The position numbers and the translations under genes are program-made. This document shows positions 56,210-64,000 of a stretch of DNA of 64,000 nt, piece by piece (position 1 is the stretch's first letter; the number at the start of each line of letters is the position of its first letter). The DNA lies in contig JAZBOC010000107.1 of NCBI GenBank assembly GCA_036353315.1, forward strand, positions 6,236 to 70,235, read 5' to 3'. Under the pieces are notes generated by a model that had not been told where the DNA came from, did not search any database, and worked only from the letters and a program-made list of their open reading frames with translations. This DNA comes from Wenzhouxiangella sp. Its GTDB lineage: Bacteria; Pseudomonadota; Gammaproteobacteria; Xanthomonadales; Wenzhouxiangellaceae.

Positions 56210-56956
56210 ATGACCTACTGTCTGGGCCTGCGGCTGACCACCGGCCTGGTTCTGGCCTCGGATTCCCGGACCAGCGCCAGCGTCGACGATATCAGCGTCT
56301 ACTCCAAGATGCACACTTTCGATACCCGGCCGGACCGGGTTGTGGTGCTGCTGTCAGCCGGCAACCTGGCGACCTCGCAAGCCGTGCGCAGCCAGATCAA
56401 CCGGGACCTGCAAAACCCGACGGCCGAGCGCAACCTGAATAGCCTTCAGCATCTCGACGAAATCGCCGGCTACGTCGGCGAGATCAATCGCCAGGTCCAA
56501 CACAACATCGCGCCCGAGCCGGACCAGGCCAGCGGCTTCAACCCGGAGGCCAGCTTCCTGCTCGGCGGTCAGGTCGGCGACGGCGCCCATGACATCTTCC
56601 TGATCTATCCGCAGGGCAATCACATCGTGGCCTCTCGCCAGAAGCCCTTTCTGCAGATCGGAGAAACCAAGTACGGCAAGCCAATCCTCTCTCGCCTGGC
56701 CGACGGAGAACTCTCGCTGGACCTGGGTGCGCGGTTGGCGCTGGTATCGATGGATGCGGCCATGCGCTCCAATCTCTCGGTCGGTCCGCCGATCGAGGTC
56801 GCGGTCTGCCCTGCCGGCGCCCATCGCGTAGCCCGCAGGCTCAAGCTGACCGAGCAGGATGCCTACCTGAAGACTCTGGCCGAGCAGTGGAACCACCAGT
56901 TGCGCGAGGCCTTCCTGGGGCTGCCCGATCCGGAGGGCTGGGAAAGCGCAAGCTGA
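56210..56956 (+). CDS. Anbu-type proteasome homologue (Ntn-hydrolase, peptidase T1 family)
   Basis: ATG at 56210 gives MTYCLGLRLTTGLVLASDSRTS, with Thr directly after Met (56213..56215). 248 aa, the size and pattern of proteasome-type protease. Adjacent to ATP-grasp/alpha-E genes. Confidence 0.8.
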   Translation: MTYCLGLRLTTGLVLASDSRTSASVDDISVYSKMHTFDTRPDRVVVLLSAGNLATSQAVRSQINRDLQNPTAERNLNSLQHLDEIAGYVGEINRQVQHNIAPEPDQASGFNPEASFLLGGQVGDGAHDIFLIYPQGNHIVASRQKPFLQIGETKYGKPILSRLADGELSLDLGARLALVSMDAAMRSNLSVGPPIEVAVCPAGAHRVARRLKLTEQDAYLKTLAEQWNHQLREAFLGLPDPEGWESAS

Positions 56957-56986
56957 GCGCTGGCCAGGCCAGCCCGGCGATGGTTC

Positions 56987-58048
56987 TCAAGCCCCTGCGG
57001 CAACCCGCTGGCAGGCCGTCTCGATCACCTGCTCGATCAATCTCAGTTTATCGACCACCGGCGTGACCAGGATGAATGGATAGGGATCGGGCTGATCCAG
57101 GCTGCGGTTGAGCAGGTTGATTCGCCGCGCCAAATCAATCCAGCACTCCATGCGCCGGTCAAACGGCAGGTCCAGCACATCGGCGCGCACCATATCGTTG
57201 ACCGCAGCCGTTTCCAGCGTATCGGAGATCTGCAGGTAATGCGCCCAGCACTCGGCCCAGTCTTCCCACGGATGGGCGCTGGCGTAAGCGCTGATGTACG
57301 CCTGCGGCCAGGCCCAGTGCGGGCCATCCCGATAATAGGCTTCAAGGGCCTCATCATAGGTCTGACGCTCGTCGCCGAAGCGTTCGCGCACGACGTCAAG
57401 CAACGGCGACCCGGACACCAGCCGATCCCAGTAGTAGTGGCCGATCTCGTGACGAAAATGGCCGAGCAGTGTCCGCTGGGCCTCATTCATCTGCACCCGC
57501 ATCCGCTCGCGCTCGACGTCGTCGGCCTCGCGGATATTGATCGTGATCAGCCCGTTGGCATGGCCGGTCATGACCGGCTGGTCCTCCGTCGAATCCAGGA
57601 ATTCCAGCGGATCGGGATTGTTTTCAAGAAAGGCGAACCCCAACCCGTGCTGCGAAGATTCGCGACGGCTTTCGATCGGCAAATCATGGCGCATGAGATC
57701 GAACAACAGTCGCCGCTTGCGCCGCTCCACCGCCAGCCAAAGTGCCCGGTTACCCGGCTTGTCCAGATTGGGAATGACTTCATTGAGCCGGCAGGCACGA
57801 CAATAGCCTTCCGGATCTTCAGCCGGCACCATCCAGTTGCAGACTTGCTCGCGGCTGTAGTTCAGGCACTGGCGATAGCTGCGACCCGCGGCACGCGGGT
57901 GGCGGGCCTTCCACAACCCGTCGCCCTGATCGGCCAGGGCGGACATCACCCCAAGATCCGGCAGGAAGCCGAGAACGGACTGGCAGGCCACGCACAAGGT
58001 GTTTTCGAAGTAGACCGTGTTGCCGCAGCTGCAGGAAAAGTTCTTCAT
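56987..58048 (-). CDS. zinc-ribbon-containing HExxH metallopeptidase-family protein
   Basis: 353 aa. N-terminal CSCGNTVYFENTLCVAC ribbon and second CxxC (GYCRACRL). HEIGH at 57437..57451 (LGHFRHEIGHYYWDRL). ATGA overlap with the alpha-E gene. Confidence 0.7.
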   Translation of the reverse strand: MKNFSCSCGNTVYFENTLCVACQSVLGFLPDLGVMSALADQGDGLWKARHPRAAGRSYRQCLNYSREQVCNWMVPAEDPEGYCRACRLNEVIPNLDKPGNRALWLAVERRKRRLLFDLMRHDLPIESRRESSQHGLGFAFLENNPDPLEFLDSTEDQPVMTGHANGLITINIREADDVERERMRVQMNEAQRTLLGHFRHEIGHYYWDRLVSGSPLLDVVRERFGDERQTYDEALEAYYRDGPHWAWPQAYISAYASAHPWEDWAECWAHYLQISDTLETAAVNDMVRADVLDLPFDRRMECWIDLARRINLLNRSLDQPDPYPFILVTPVVDKLRLIEQVIETACQRVAAGA

Positions 58049-58980
58049 TCGCTGGCCTCGGTCAGAAACCAGGTCTGCGAAATTCGGTCGCCAATGGCGA
58101 TCAGCTCAACCTGGAGGCGGTCGACGAAAGCACTCAAGCCGCCATCGACCAGTTCGTGCACGTCGGCCTGATCGATCATGCGCTGTGCGCGCCCCACCGC
58201 CACCAGCGTTGCTTCATGTCCGGGCAGCGCGTGAAGGCGCTCAGCGACCGCTTCCAGACAAAACGAGACCGAGCGCGGAAACAGCGGATTGCCGAGCAGA
58301 AAGCGCAGTACGTCCGTCCCGCTGACGCGCAGCCGCACGTGGCGACGATACATCTGGTAAGCGGTCAGTGACTTCAGCACGCTCATCCACTGAAGTTGAT
58401 CGAAGGGCTGAGTATTGTCCACGCCCCGCAGCAGGTGGGCCGAACGCACGTCCAGAATACGCGTGGTCATGTCGGCCCGCTCATGGTAGCGGCCCAGCAG
58501 AATGAAATCCCAAGCGTGATCATGACTCATGGTATCAGCCAGCATCCCGATCAGCTGCTGGCAGCGGCAAATCACCGAAACGATGAATTCATGGCGAGCG
58601 CGCTTGGCGAGCTGGCCAGCCAAGCGCTCGCGCGCCATCAGATAGAGATCGTTGGTCTGCTCCCAGACCTCGCGCGGCACGAGGTCACGGGCCGCACGCA
58701 GGTTCTCGCGCGCCTGCGCGAGGCACGAAAGCACCGAACCGCCGTGACGGGGCTCTGCCAACAGGAATCGCACCACCTGGCGTTCGTCAGCCGAATCGTG
58801 CAGCTCGTCGAACAGCGCCTGGCTGCCGGTGATCCGCACCAATGGGCCCCAGCCTGGCGCAAGACGCCGGGGCAGGTCGAGCATCAGGTGGGCGTTGACG
58901 TTGATCATCCGGCCCAGGTCCTCGGCCCGCTCGAGGTAACGGCCGTACCAGTAAAGATTCTCGGCGACGCGCGACAGCAT
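58045..58980 (-). CDS. alpha-E domain protein
   Basis: 311 aa. MLSRVAENLYWYGRYLERAEDLGRMINVN is the canonical alpha-E start. TGATG junction with the ATP-grasp gene. Confidence 0.85.
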   Translation of the reverse strand: MLSRVAENLYWYGRYLERAEDLGRMINVNAHLMLDLPRRLAPGWGPLVRITGSQALFDELHDSADERQVVRFLLAEPRHGGSVLSCLAQARENLRAARDLVPREVWEQTNDLYLMARERLAGQLAKRARHEFIVSVICRCQQLIGMLADTMSHDHAWDFILLGRYHERADMTTRILDVRSAHLLRGVDNTQPFDQLQWMSVLKSLTAYQMYRRHVRLRVSGTDVLRFLLGNPLFPRSVSFCLEAVAERLHALPGHEATLVAVGRAQRMIDQADVHELVDGGLSAFVDRLQVELIAIGDRISQTWFLTEASE

Positions 58981-60503
58981 CAGTCGTCACCGCCGTCGGT
59001 GTCGACGATCCAGGTGTCCTTGCTGCCGCCGCCCTGCGAGGAGTTGACCACCAGCGACCCGGCGCGCATCGCCACTCGGGTCAGCCCGCCGGTGGTGACG
59101 TACTGCTGGTCGCCGGACAAGATGAAAGGTCGCAAATCGACGTGGCGCGGTGAGACCTGCGAACCGACCAGCGTCGGACAGGTGGAGATGGCCAATGTCG
59201 GCTGGGCGATGTAGTTGCGCGGATCGGCCTTGATCAGCCGCTTGAACTGATCCCGCTCCTTGCGCGTGGCGTGCGGACCGATCAGCATGCCGTAGCCGCC
59301 GGACTCGTTGGCCGGCTTGACCACCAGCTGATCGATATTGGCCAGCACGTGATCAAGCTCTGAACGGATGCTGCACCGCCAGGTCGGTACGTTGGGCACC
59401 AGCGGGTCCTGATCCAGGTAATAACGAATAATGTCGGGGACGTAAGAGTAGACGACCTTGTCGTCGGCCACCCCGGCTCCCGGCGCGTTGGCCAGGCCGA
59501 CCTTTCCGGCCCGCCAGGATCGCATCAGGCCCGGCACGCCGAGCAGCGAATCTTGGCGAAAGACTTCCGGGTCGAGAAACGCGTCGTCGATGCGACGGTA
59601 GATCACGTCCACCTGTTCCAGTCCGTGAATGGTGCGCATGAACACGCAGTTGTCGTCATCGACGACCAGATCGCGCCCCTCGACCAGCTCCACGCCCATT
59701 TGCTGGGCCAGCCAGGCGTGTTCGAAATAGGCCGAATTGAACATTCCCGGGGTGAGCACGACGACAACCGGGTAGTCGGCCGGACGCGGCGACAGGCTGG
59801 CCAGGGTGTCGAACAGACGGGCCGGGTAGTCGTCGACCGGCTGGATATCGATGTTCTCGAACAGCTCGGGAAACACCTTTTTCATGACCTGGCGATTCTC
59901 GAGCATGTAGGACACCCCGGACGGCACCCGCAGGTTGTCCTCAAGCACGTAAAGCGTGCCGTCGGCATCGCGCACCAGATCGCTGCCACAGATATGCGCC
60001 CAGACGCCGTAGCGCGGCTGAACGCCGCGGCACGGCTCTCGAAACCCCACCGAACCGGCCAGGATTTCAGCCGGGAAGACCCCGTCGGCGACGATCTTCT
60101 GGTCGCCGTAGAGATCATCAATGAACAAATTCAGCGCGGTGACCCGTTGCTCGAGTCCCAGGCGGGTTTTCTCCCACTCACGCAAGGAGATGACCCGGGG
60201 GATCAGATCAAAGGGCATCGCCCGATCGGCGCTGCCTTCATCGTGGTAGACGCGGAAACTGATGCCGGCGACCAGCGCAGCGATCTCGCAGGCATCCCGG
60301 CGCTCGACCAGCTCGCCGCGATCCAGCCTCCGCAAATACTTCCACAGTCGCCGGGCCGCGGCCCTTGGACCGCCGCGCGGTCCGATCAGCTCATCGTAAA
60401 AATCGCTGTGGTAGCGCCAGTCCTGCGCATCGCTGGAGAGATTGTTCAAACCGCCTCGCAGCCCGAACCCGGGTTCATGGATACCACCAAGAGCATACCG
60501 CAT
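58980..60503 (-). CDS. circularly permuted type-2 ATP-grasp protein (putative amidoligase)
   Basis: 507 aa. YVLEDNLRVPSGVSYMLENR, VVVLTPGMFNSAYFEHAWLAQQMGVELVEGRDL and VVKPANESGGYGMLIGP match the CP ATP-grasp family. Confidence 0.9.
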   Translation of the reverse strand: MRYALGGIHEPGFGLRGGLNNLSSDAQDWRYHSDFYDELIGPRGGPRAAARRLWKYLRRLDRGELVERRDACEIAALVAGISFRVYHDEGSADRAMPFDLIPRVISLREWEKTRLGLEQRVTALNLFIDDLYGDQKIVADGVFPAEILAGSVGFREPCRGVQPRYGVWAHICGSDLVRDADGTLYVLEDNLRVPSGVSYMLENRQVMKKVFPELFENIDIQPVDDYPARLFDTLASLSPRPADYPVVVVLTPGMFNSAYFEHAWLAQQMGVELVEGRDLVVDDDNCVFMRTIHGLEQVDVIYRRIDDAFLDPEVFRQDSLLGVPGLMRSWRAGKVGLANAPGAGVADDKVVYSYVPDIIRYYLDQDPLVPNVPTWRCSIRSELDHVLANIDQLVVKPANESGGYGMLIGPHATRKERDQFKRLIKADPRNYIAQPTLAISTCPTLVGSQVSPRHVDLRPFILSGDQQYVTTGGLTRVAMRAGSLVVNSSQGGGSKDTWIVDTDGGDD

Positions 60504-60589
60504 CGCCAGCCAGGTTCATCCACAGGCAACGCAGTTGCCGCAGTTTCCGCTACCATCCAGCCTTCGCCACACCGAAAGTCCCTCCTGGC

Positions 60590-62479
60590 ATGTCGCTGAT
60601 TTCCCTCAAAGGCATCGAGTTCAACATCGGCGGCCCGCTGCTGCTCGACGGGGTCGATCTGGAGATCGAACCGGGAGAGCGCATTGCCCTGGTCGGGCGC
60701 AACGGCGCCGGCAAATCCACCCTGCTGCGTCTGATCGCCGGTGATCTGCAACCCGATGGTGGGCGCATCGAGCAGCCTGCCGGTCTGCGCGTTGCCCGCC
60801 TTCAGCAGGAGGTGCCCTCCGGGGCCGGCGGGTCGGTCTTCGACCAGGTCGCTGCCGGGCTGGGCGAGCTGGGCCAGATCCTGGTCGACTACCACCACGC
60901 CAGCCAGTCCGAGTACGATGCCGAACGTTTGGCCGACCTGCAGTCAAAGATCGAGGCCGCCGGCGGCTGGGACCTGGATAGCCGGGTCGAGAGGGTGCTG
61001 GGCCAGCTGGGCCTGAACGGCGATCAGCCCTTCGATCAGCTGTCCGGAGGGATGAAGCGCCGAGTGCTGCTTGGTCAGGCCCTGGTTGTCGAGCCCGACC
61101 TGTTGCTGCTCGACGAACCCACCAACCATCTCGACATCGAGGCCATCGAATGGCTGGAGAACCTGCTCCTGCAGCTCGACGCGGCGCTGGTGTTCGTGAC
61201 TCACGACCGGCGCTTCCTCAAGAACCTCGCCACCCGCATCATCGAAATCGATCGCGGCCAGCTCACCTCCTGGCCCGGCGACTGGGACAACTACCTGCGC
61301 CGCTCGGCCGAACGCGCCCACGCCGAGGAGCTGGAGCATCAGCAGTTTGATCGACGCCTGTCGGAAGAAGAAACCTGGATCCGTCAAGGCATCAAGGCCC
61401 GCCGCACCCGCAATGAGGGTCGGGTGCGGGCTCTGGAGCAAATGCGTCGTGAGCGCGCGGCTCGGCGTGAACGAACCGGAACCGTCAACCTGGAGACCGG
61501 GATCGCCGCACCGTCGGGCAAGAAGGTGATCCGGGTCGAAGATCTGCACTTTGCCTGGGGCAAGCAGATCATTGCCCATGACTTCTCCACCACCATCCTG
61601 CGCGGCGATCGGGTCGGCCTGATCGGCCCCAACGGCAGCGGCAAGTCCACGCTGATCGGGCTGCTGCTGGGTAAGATCTCGCCGGACCGCGGCACCGTCA
61701 CCCTGGGCACCGCACTGGAGATCGCCTATTTCGATCAGCAACGAGCGGTTCTGCGCGATGATTGGAGCGCGGCCGACAACGTCGCTGAAGGGCGTGATTT
61801 CGTCGAGATCAACGGCAAGGCCCGCCACATCATCGGCTACCTGCAGGACTTTCTGTTTACCCCGGAGCGCGCGCGTGCGCCGATTTCGCGCCTGTCAGGC
61901 GGCGAGCGTAACCGCCTGCTGCTGGCCCGGCTGTTCGCACGTCCGTCCAACCTGCTGGTCATGGACGAACCGACCAATGACCTCGATACCGAAACGCTGG
62001 AGCTCCTGGAGGAGCGCCTGGCCGCCTATCCCGGCACGCTGTTGTTGGTCAGCCATGATCGCGATTTTCTCGATCGGGTGATCACCAGCACCCTCGCGCT
62101 GGAAGGCGAGGGTCGCATCTCAGAGTATGTCGGCGGCTACAGTGACTGGCTGCGCCAGCGCACGGGGTCACGCACACCTTCTCCGGCAACGTCCCGAACA
62201 ACCCCCTCATCCGGTGCGACGGGCAAAGCGCGACCTGCAGCGGCCAAGCTGAGCTACAAACTGGCTCGCGAACTGGCTGAGCTACCCGAAAAGGTCGAGC
62301 GGCTGGAAGCAGACATGAGTCGACTTGCCGAGCAGATGAACGATCCTTTGCTGCACGCTGACGATCCGGCAAAGGCCAGCCAGGCCGCCCGACAGGTCAA
62401 GCAGCTTCAGGATCAGCTCGACGCCGCCTTCGCTCGCTGGGAGGAATTGGAAAAACTCCGTGAGCAGGCGCCCTCCTGA
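60590..62479 (+). CDS. uup: ABC-F family ATPase Uup (two ABC domains plus C-terminal coiled coil)
   Basis: ATG at 60590 gives MSLISLKGIEFNIGGPLLLDG, as E. coli Uup begins MSLISM. Walker A GRNGAGKST and GPNGSGKST, signatures LSGGMKRR and LSGGERNR. The longest ORF adds 75 non-homologous residues. Confidence 0.9.
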   Translation: MSLISLKGIEFNIGGPLLLDGVDLEIEPGERIALVGRNGAGKSTLLRLIAGDLQPDGGRIEQPAGLRVARLQQEVPSGAGGSVFDQVAAGLGELGQILVDYHHASQSEYDAERLADLQSKIEAAGGWDLDSRVERVLGQLGLNGDQPFDQLSGGMKRRVLLGQALVVEPDLLLLDEPTNHLDIEAIEWLENLLLQLDAALVFVTHDRRFLKNLATRIIEIDRGQLTSWPGDWDNYLRRSAERAHAEELEHQQFDRRLSEEETWIRQGIKARRTRNEGRVRALEQMRRERAARRERTGTVNLETGIAAPSGKKVIRVEDLHFAWGKQIIAHDFSTTILRGDRVGLIGPNGSGKSTLIGLLLGKISPDRGTVTLGTALEIAYFDQQRAVLRDDWSAADNVAEGRDFVEINGKARHIIGYLQDFLFTPERARAPISRLSGGERNRLLLARLFARPSNLLVMDEPTNDLDTETLELLEERLAAYPGTLLLVSHDRDFLDRVITSTLALEGEGRISEYVGGYSDWLRQRTGSRTPSPATSRTTPSSGATGKARPAAAKLSYKLARELAELPEKVERLEADMSRLAEQMNDPLLHADDPAKASQAARQVKQLQDQLDAAFARWEELEKLREQAPS

Positions 62480-62492
62480 GCAGCACCGGCCG

Positions 62493-62720
62493 CACTCGCT
62501 TGAGGCGTTGTGCCCAGCGCATTGCCGCCCGTTGCTCTGCCGGCGTACGGTCCCCTTCTCGCGCCGGCCGGACCGGCCTGGCTCCTCGGATCCGCCGGGC
62601 CGGCGTGATCCAGGCTCGCCACGGGCTGTTGGGTGCGAACACCCCGTGGAAGCGGGTCAGATTCAGGCGCGACGGCGGGATGAGTGCCGCCAGCCGGGCA
62701 ATGAAATCCAGTGGGTTTTT
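62493..62720 (-). pseudogene. IS91-family (HUH/Y2 rolling-circle) transposase C-terminal fragment
   Basis: Minus-strand frame reads KNPLDFIARLAALIPPSRLNLTRFHGVFAPNSPWRAWITPA...RAAMRWAQRLKRV, the conserved C-terminal region of IS91 transposases. No N-terminal or catalytic part; homology ends 14 nt from the uup stop. Confidence 0.7.
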
Positions 62721-62724
62721 CCGA

Positions 62725-63642
62725 TTAGGGGATTTCTGTACAGGTCACCGAGCAACCATTTTGATCGCATTCTCCTCGGCACCGAAGTCCACCGCCACCC
62801 GCTCCCGTCACCGGAATCCCCCACCACATAGCCAATTCTCTCAATTGGTTGACAACATCGGCTGAACCGCCAAAGTACTCGAAATTGCCGAGCGAACCTG
62901 ATGGAATGACAGTTCCGTCATGAAGATGACCAGTATCATCGTGAAACTCAAAACTGACGGAGATTGTCATCGGCCCCGTGAAGTGAACGGATTCGATAGA
63001 TATCTCAACTGTCGACCCGTCTGGGAAGACTATGACCATGCGGGTGTTGAGTTGATGACCAAACATGTGGTTCACGAGATTGGTGAAGGCAGTAAGACCA
63101 ACTAGCCCACTTTGGCTGAGAAGCCCAGTAGTCAAGAAGTCTTCCAGATCGGACAACAACTGTTGTCTGGTCTGATGGCTTGGGGAGTCAGGCGGGCCGA
63201 ATAGCGATATCGCTGATCCTATATCGGTAAAATCTTCAGCAGAGATTTCGCCTGTTATTAAATTAAGTCTATAGGTCGCCAGTCCTTCAATCGTTGTTTT
63301 TGTGGCAACCTCACCTGGTCCTGCGACCGCAGCCATAACGGTTGAGTGCCAATCTCGACTCGCATGAACAACAAAAAATCTTGTCTCTGTCGAGTCAGGG
63401 TTCACAACATAGACTGGATATTCCAAATAACTGACCAGCTCCGAACCAGGCTCTGCTGGAATCGGTGTTGCAGCAAGCGCTGCACTTTCAAACTGGGCAT
63501 AATTGTAACAAGCACCACAAAAACTAACGTTTGATGCTGACACCGCGCTAACCGCGAACAATATACAGGCTGTAAACAGTAATTTACCCGGAAACAACCA
63601 TTTTTTTGAGGTAAATGTAATCAGATTTTGGTTAAACGCCAT
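62725..63642 (-). CDS. secreted hypothetical protein with Cys-rich C-terminus (low-GC islet cargo)
   Basis: 305 aa. Signal-like KKWLFPGKLLFTACILFAVSAVSAS, C-terminal LRCRGECDQNGCSVTCTEIP. GGGGGA 8 nt before the ATG. Visibly lower GC than neighbours. No family recognised. Confidence 0.6.
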   Translation of the reverse strand: MAFNQNLITFTSKKWLFPGKLLFTACILFAVSAVSASNVSFCGACYNYAQFESAALAATPIPAEPGSELVSYLEYPVYVVNPDSTETRFFVVHASRDWHSTVMAAVAGPGEVATKTTIEGLATYRLNLITGEISAEDFTDIGSAISLFGPPDSPSHQTRQQLLSDLEDFLTTGLLSQSGLVGLTAFTNLVNHMFGHQLNTRMVIVFPDGSTVEISIESVHFTGPMTISVSFEFHDDTGHLHDGTVIPSGSLGNFEYFGGSADVVNQLRELAMWWGIPVTGAGGGGLRCRGECDQNGCSVTCTEIP

Positions 63643-63670
63643 GCCACCGATCCCCCGTTTATTGCCCTAA

Positions 63671-63698
63671 AGCATAAAAAAAAAAGAGCTACTGTCAA
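63671..63698 (-). promoter_or_regulatory. candidate sigma70 promoter for the islet gene
   Basis: Minus strand reads TTGACA (63698..63693), 16-nt spacer containing a T-run, then TATGCT (63676..63671). About 30 nt upstream of ATG 63642. Confidence 0.45.
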
Positions 63699-63722
63699 GT
63701 CTGGTGTGTGGCGATGGACTGA

Positions 63723-64000
63723 TCAAGCCGCAGCTTGCCTGCTGATCTGCCGTTCATCGATACCGTCGATGAACTTCACGCCAGCAATGACGTCGGCCAG
63801 TTGCTTGAAGCCTCGCAGTTTGCGCCATCGTTTCTGGGCGCTCATTGCACGTGTCAATCGACACCTAGTTTTACGCATTAAGACGACACCTACTTTTAAG
63901 CACTCCCAGGGCGGGTGCTGGCCGTTGGCCTGCTCGCCTACCAGAGCCTGGAGCGCGTCCTGAAAGTTGCCGGTGGACACGCCCCGCAGGTACAGCCAGG
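63723..64000 (-). pseudogene. IS256-family transposase remnant with the DDE core deleted; continues past the window end
   Basis: One frame reads LYLRGVSTGNFQDALQALVGEQANG (IS256 N-terminal region), then about 20 unrelated codons, then AQKRWRKLRGFKQLADVIAGVKFIDGIDERQ...AAA* (IS256 C-terminus). About 300 codons of catalytic core are missing. Confidence 0.65.
63859..63898. repeat. 15-nt direct repeat pair at the deletion junction of the IS256 remnant
   Basis: CGACACCTAGTTTTA (63859..63873) and CGACACCTACTTTTA (63884..63898), 14/15 identical, AT-rich. The adjacent small dyad is GTGTC-AATC-GACAC (63851..63864). Confidence 0.5.

Noticed and set aside
59553-60599. 348-aa plus-strand ORF
   Set aside because: Antisense to the circularly permuted ATP-grasp gene, with the same high-GC artefact pattern.
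60944-61828. 294-aa minus-strand ORF
   Set aside because: Antisense to uup. Walker and signature motifs establish the plus-strand frame.
62460-62865. Two overlapping plus-strand ORFs (123 and 121 aa) after uup
   Set aside because: The opposite strand of the same stretch encodes a clear IS91-transposase fragment and the 3' end of the islet gene. The plus-strand products are Arg/Pro-rich with no features.
1-64000. Search for tRNA, rRNA, tmRNA/RNase P-like RNAs and CRISPR arrays
   Set aside because: The longest intergenic gaps are under 200 nt (14987..15179, 37783..37941, 20685..20838, 46440..46576). None shows cloverleaf-like or repeat-spacer periodicity by eye. A covariance-model scan (tRNAscan-SE/Infernal) would be needed for certainty.

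Overview
High-GC (about 62-66% by eye) chromosomal segment of a gammaproteobacterium. The taxon is not determinable from this window; the gene order yhbY | rlmE-ftsH-folP-glmM and a Marinobacter-type fatty acyl-CoA reductase are the main clues. I support about 60 protein-coding genes, two transposase remnants, one short direct repeat, six hairpin terminator candidates and two sigma70-like promoter candidates. I recognised no rRNA, tRNA, CRISPR array or intact mobile element.

Housekeeping genes: xseA, glmM, folP, ftsH, rlmE, yhbY, oxyR, prpBC, typA, trpS, rimK, uup, and a 2-oxoacid dehydrogenase E1alpha/E1beta/E2 set. The window is enriched in acyl-CoA and lipid genes: two acyl-CoA dehydrogenases, a thioesterase, a patatin and an ACBP.

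Regions worth a second look:
1. 56.2-60.5 kb: an Anbu-type proteasome homologue facing a translationally coupled circularly-permuted ATP-grasp / alpha-E / Zn-metallopeptidase operon. This is a variant of a ligase-protease module whose function is unknown.
2. 35.8-42.5 kb: a wax-ester / neutral-lipid storage locus. It holds the two-domain acyl-CoA reductase, ACBP, TetR, a phasin with histone-like tails, an unknown helical-repeat protein, and WS/DGAT preceded by a SecB-like gene.
3. 54.5-55.6 kb: an orphan RuBisCO-like protein with KDDQ in place of KDDE.
4. 51.5-52.6 kb: an unannotatable, coupled two-gene pair (soluble protein plus 2-TM protein).
5. 62.5-64.0 kb: a low-GC islet bounded by IS91- and IS256-family transposase remnants. 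It carries a secreted Cys-rich protein of unknown family.
6. 27.0-29.4 kb: a split ACAD10/11-like kinase plus acyl-CoA dehydrogenase pair, followed by a YdbS/YdbT bPH membrane pair.

Many long ORFs in the track are antisense artefacts of high GC. Many of the longest ORFs over-extend the true N-terminus, so I give refined starts where the sequence supports them.
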